From positions 1 to 26,054 of IMG/VR virus record IMGVR_UViG_3300031170_000002: 26,054 bases of DNA. The stretch is one strand, 5' to 3'. Of this stretch, positions 23,673 through 26,054 are shown in pieces. The stretch is from a virus. Lineage: Duplodnaviria; Caudoviricetes. Within the stretch, counting starts at the first letter, position 1, and each line of letters starts with the position of its first letter. The notes beneath the pieces were generated by a model, which saw nothing but the letters and a program-made list of their open reading frames with translations, ran no database searches and was not told the DNA's origin. Position numbers and translations under genes: made by a program.

Positions 23673-26054
23673 ATGGCTACCGCAGCGGGCGTAGATGACT
23701 ATAGTTTGGATCCATTCCAGACTGAAGAAGATGTTCTTGATACTGAGAAGAAAATTGCCCTGGCGAGGATTCTTCGTCAAGGAGTAGCCCCTCCTGGTGA
23801 AGATATTTCATCTCGTTATCAGCGAAACAGGAACGTTAGCCGAGGTTATCAAGAACTTGCTACTCAAGACGAGAAGCGTAAGTCTCTTAGTGATCGGTAT
23901 ACTGAAGATATGGTTGATGCGCTTCGTCGTAGTGGAGCATCTGATGAGATCATAGAAGGTGTACGTAGTCCTGGTCTTAGGAAGGAATACTTGGCTCAGC
24001 ACGCTAAGAATATGGATTTGGCCAGGTCTAATAGGGAACAAGCTCGGCTTGGCGGAACTGGCGGAGATATCACCTATCAACAAGCTTTGCAATGGGCTAC
24101 GAGTAGTGACCCACCTACTGCGGCTAGGGGCAAGGTTCTTCTGGAGTCTATGAAGCCTCAGAATCCTGAATACACGACTAGAATCACTCCTTCAGGAGGG
24201 TCTGTACCTATATCTGGTGCACAGGAAAACTACGGGGCTACTGTTGCTACGAAAGCAAGAGCTGAAGATCCATTTAAGTTCCAACAAATTGAAGGCGGTC
24301 AAGGCCCCATAACTCTACCTAATCCATTGGCTAGGTCTATTTTAGCAGCTAATGCGCCAGGAGCGCCTACTCCTGCCGCACAGGGAAATCCGCCTGCTCC
24401 CGGCGTTCCCGCGCCTCCCGCCCCCGTACCCCAAGGGCCGCCGCCTATGCCTGTTAGCGCCCCGCCTAGTCCTGTTAGCGCGGCTCCTTCACCTTTGGCG
24501 GGAGCGGTCGCCGCGACCGGCGGCCCAGTTGGAACTACAACTCCTCCGCAAGGTAAGTTAGTAAGTGGGAATCCTGCCCTAGATGGCTTTAAGGACATAA
24601 TTAAGAACGGACTTGAAGAGCGTAGGTTGCTTCAAGAATCACAAACAAATGGGGATACGGTAGGGGCTCAAAGACACCAAAAGAATTTAGACATGCTGTC
24701 GTCTGAATTACATGTAATGGAGAAAAAGCACGGCTTCGATGCTCGCCAGGTAGCTGCTAGTATGTCTCAAGAGGGTCAGCAACCTCAAGGAGCGTTGCCC
24801 CAAGCTACAGCAGCCGCCGGTGGCGGTGTACCTTCCCCTATTTCGTCGGCGCAAGCAGCTCCCGCTCCGATGCCTGCTTCGCCTCCAACTGCTAGACCAG
24901 GAATGAGGCCCGCAACTGAAGCTGATCTCACGGGTATGACGCCTAATCCTCCGTCTGGTCCAACTGCAATGCCCTCCGCTCCTGCGGCTCCTGCGGGTCA
25001 GAAATTGCCAGAATCGTATCTCCCACCTGACGTAATTGACGTACAACCTAATGCTGGTTTGGGCAGGTCTAATCCCAAAGAACAAGAAGCTTGGCTTGCT
25101 AGAAGGAATGCTCAACAAGAAGAACTCAAGAGATACATGGCTACGTCGGGGGCGCTTTCTGAAAATAGGTCATTCATTAACGAGTTTCGTCAGATTAATG
25201 AAGGCGATACTTATTCAGGACCGTGGCAAACTGGAAAATGGATAGATCAATTGAAACAATCCATTAATCGCAAGGCTGACGTTCCCATAACAGATGCTAC
25301 AAAGAGTTTGGATTCTATATCTGCTAACTTTAAGGCTATGACTATAAAGCAGTTTGGACAAAATCCTTCCGATAATGATTTGAAGGTTATATCGGAGTCT
25401 GTACCTTCTTCAGAAGATTCTTATGCAGGGAGAATATTGAAATTGAATCGTATGGAGTATGCGCTCAATCGTAGAGAAGCGAGTGCTCCACTAGTTCAGA
25501 AGTGGGTAGCTCAAGGAGTACCAGTGGATGTAGCGCGTAATGCGGCTACTAATTGGTATGACGATCAGCACGGAGGGTTGCCTCCTTTAACTGGGAGACG
25601 AGCAGGGGATCAACCTCGAAACCCTACCCAAGCCGCTAGCGGACAGGCTTCGCCGCCAGCGGCTGGTTCTACAGAAAGCCCAAAGTCTCCCCTGTATTTC
25701 GGTAAATATGGGAGAGGTTCTAGCGAACAATTATTTCCTGCTGCTAAGGATACCGTCAAGAATATGGCGCAAGGAGTTTTGCAATTAGCTGGTCAAGGTG
25801 ATCGAGTGGTAGCTCGAAGTGAAAAAGAGCGTCAAGCTTTACTCAGAAAAACTAACCCTGACTATGATCGCTCTCGTACTTTAACAGATATAGCCCTTAA
25901 TCCAGCTACTTACGTGGCTGGAGTTGGCCCACTTAGAGGTGCGTTAGCTATGGGCTTACAAGGACTCACCCAACCTGGGGAGAGTATTGAAGATCAATTT
26001 GCACAAGGTGCCGTAGGTGCTGCATTAGGTGGAGTAGGGGGACTTGTATCTAAG
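23673..26054 (+). CDS. Large probable ejection protein, 3' end beyond the window
   Basis: Not in the track. AAGGA RBS, ATG 23673, read by hand as open for 794 codons to the window end; Pro/Ala-rich linkers and a Gly/Ala hydrophobic stretch near the edge. Confidence 0.8.
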   Translation, partial: MATAAGVDDYSLDPFQTEEDVLDTEKKIALARILRQGVAPPGEDISSRYQRNRNVSRGYQELATQDEKRKSLSDRYTEDMVDALRRSGASDEIIEGVRSPGLRKEYLAQHAKNMDLARSNREQARLGGTGGDITYQQALQWATSSDPPTAARGKVLLESMKPQNPEYTTRITPSGGSVPISGAQENYGATVATKARAEDPFKFQQIEGGQGPITLPNPLARSILAANAPGAPTPAAQGNPPAPGVPAPPAPVPQGPPPMPVSAPPSPVSAAPSPLAGAVAATGGPVGTTTPPQGKLVSGNPALDGFKDIIKNGLEERRLLQESQTNGDTVGAQRHQKNLDMLSSELHVMEKKHGFDARQVAASMSQEGQQPQGALPQATAAAGGGVPSPISSAQAAPAPMPASPPTARPGMRPATEADLTGMTPNPPSGPTAMPSAPAAPAGQKLPESYLPPDVIDVQPNAGLGRSNPKEQEAWLARRNAQQEELKRYMATSGALSENRSFINEFRQINEGDTYSGPWQTGKWIDQLKQSINRKADVPITDATKSLDSISANFKAMTIKQFGQNPSDNDLKVISESVPSSEDSYAGRILKLNRMEYALNRREASAPLVQKWVAQGVPVDVARNAATNWYDDQHGGLPPLTGRRAGDQPRNPTQAASGQASPPAAGSTESPKSPLYFGKYGRGSSEQLFPAAKDTVKNMAQGVLQLAGQGDRVVARSEKERQALLRKTNPDYDRSRTLTDIALNPATYVAGVGPLRGALAMGLQGLTQPGESIEDQFAQGAVGAALGGVGGLVSK

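Larger units (their letters stand above)
1..26054. mobile_element. Tailed phage genome segment (podovirus-like head/tail module plus PolA replication module)
   Basis: Terminase-portal-scaffold-capsid-ejection gene order on the + strand; primase, SSB-like and PolA genes on the - strand. No host housekeeping genes and no integrase in the window. Confidence 0.95.

Noticed and set aside
23256-25245. Short track ORFs over the right end
   Set aside because: Shadows of 22410..23663 and of the open frame starting at 23673.

Overview
Central part of a tailed dsDNA phage genome with podovirus-like morphogenesis; a proteobacterial host is inferred. Two arms diverge from a non-coding hub at about 9800-10240. 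The left arm (minus strand) carries small early genes, a putative iteron origin (8439-8839), a TOPRIM primase-helicase, an SSB/annealing-like protein and a family A DNA polymerase that runs off the left edge. The right arm (plus strand) carries small late genes, TerS, TerL, portal, scaffold, major capsid, adaptor and tail-hub proteins, a cupin and three probable ejection proteins, the last running off the right edge. The most unusual signal is a ~1 kb block at the start of the early arm (9020-9995) almost free of TG/CA dinucleotides. It contains a 63-aa gene that appears to start at ATT and a CA-free paralog of a downstream gene. The early arm is also driven by five copies of an ECF sigma (RpoE/AlgU-like) promoter. 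All calls were made by eye, without database searches.
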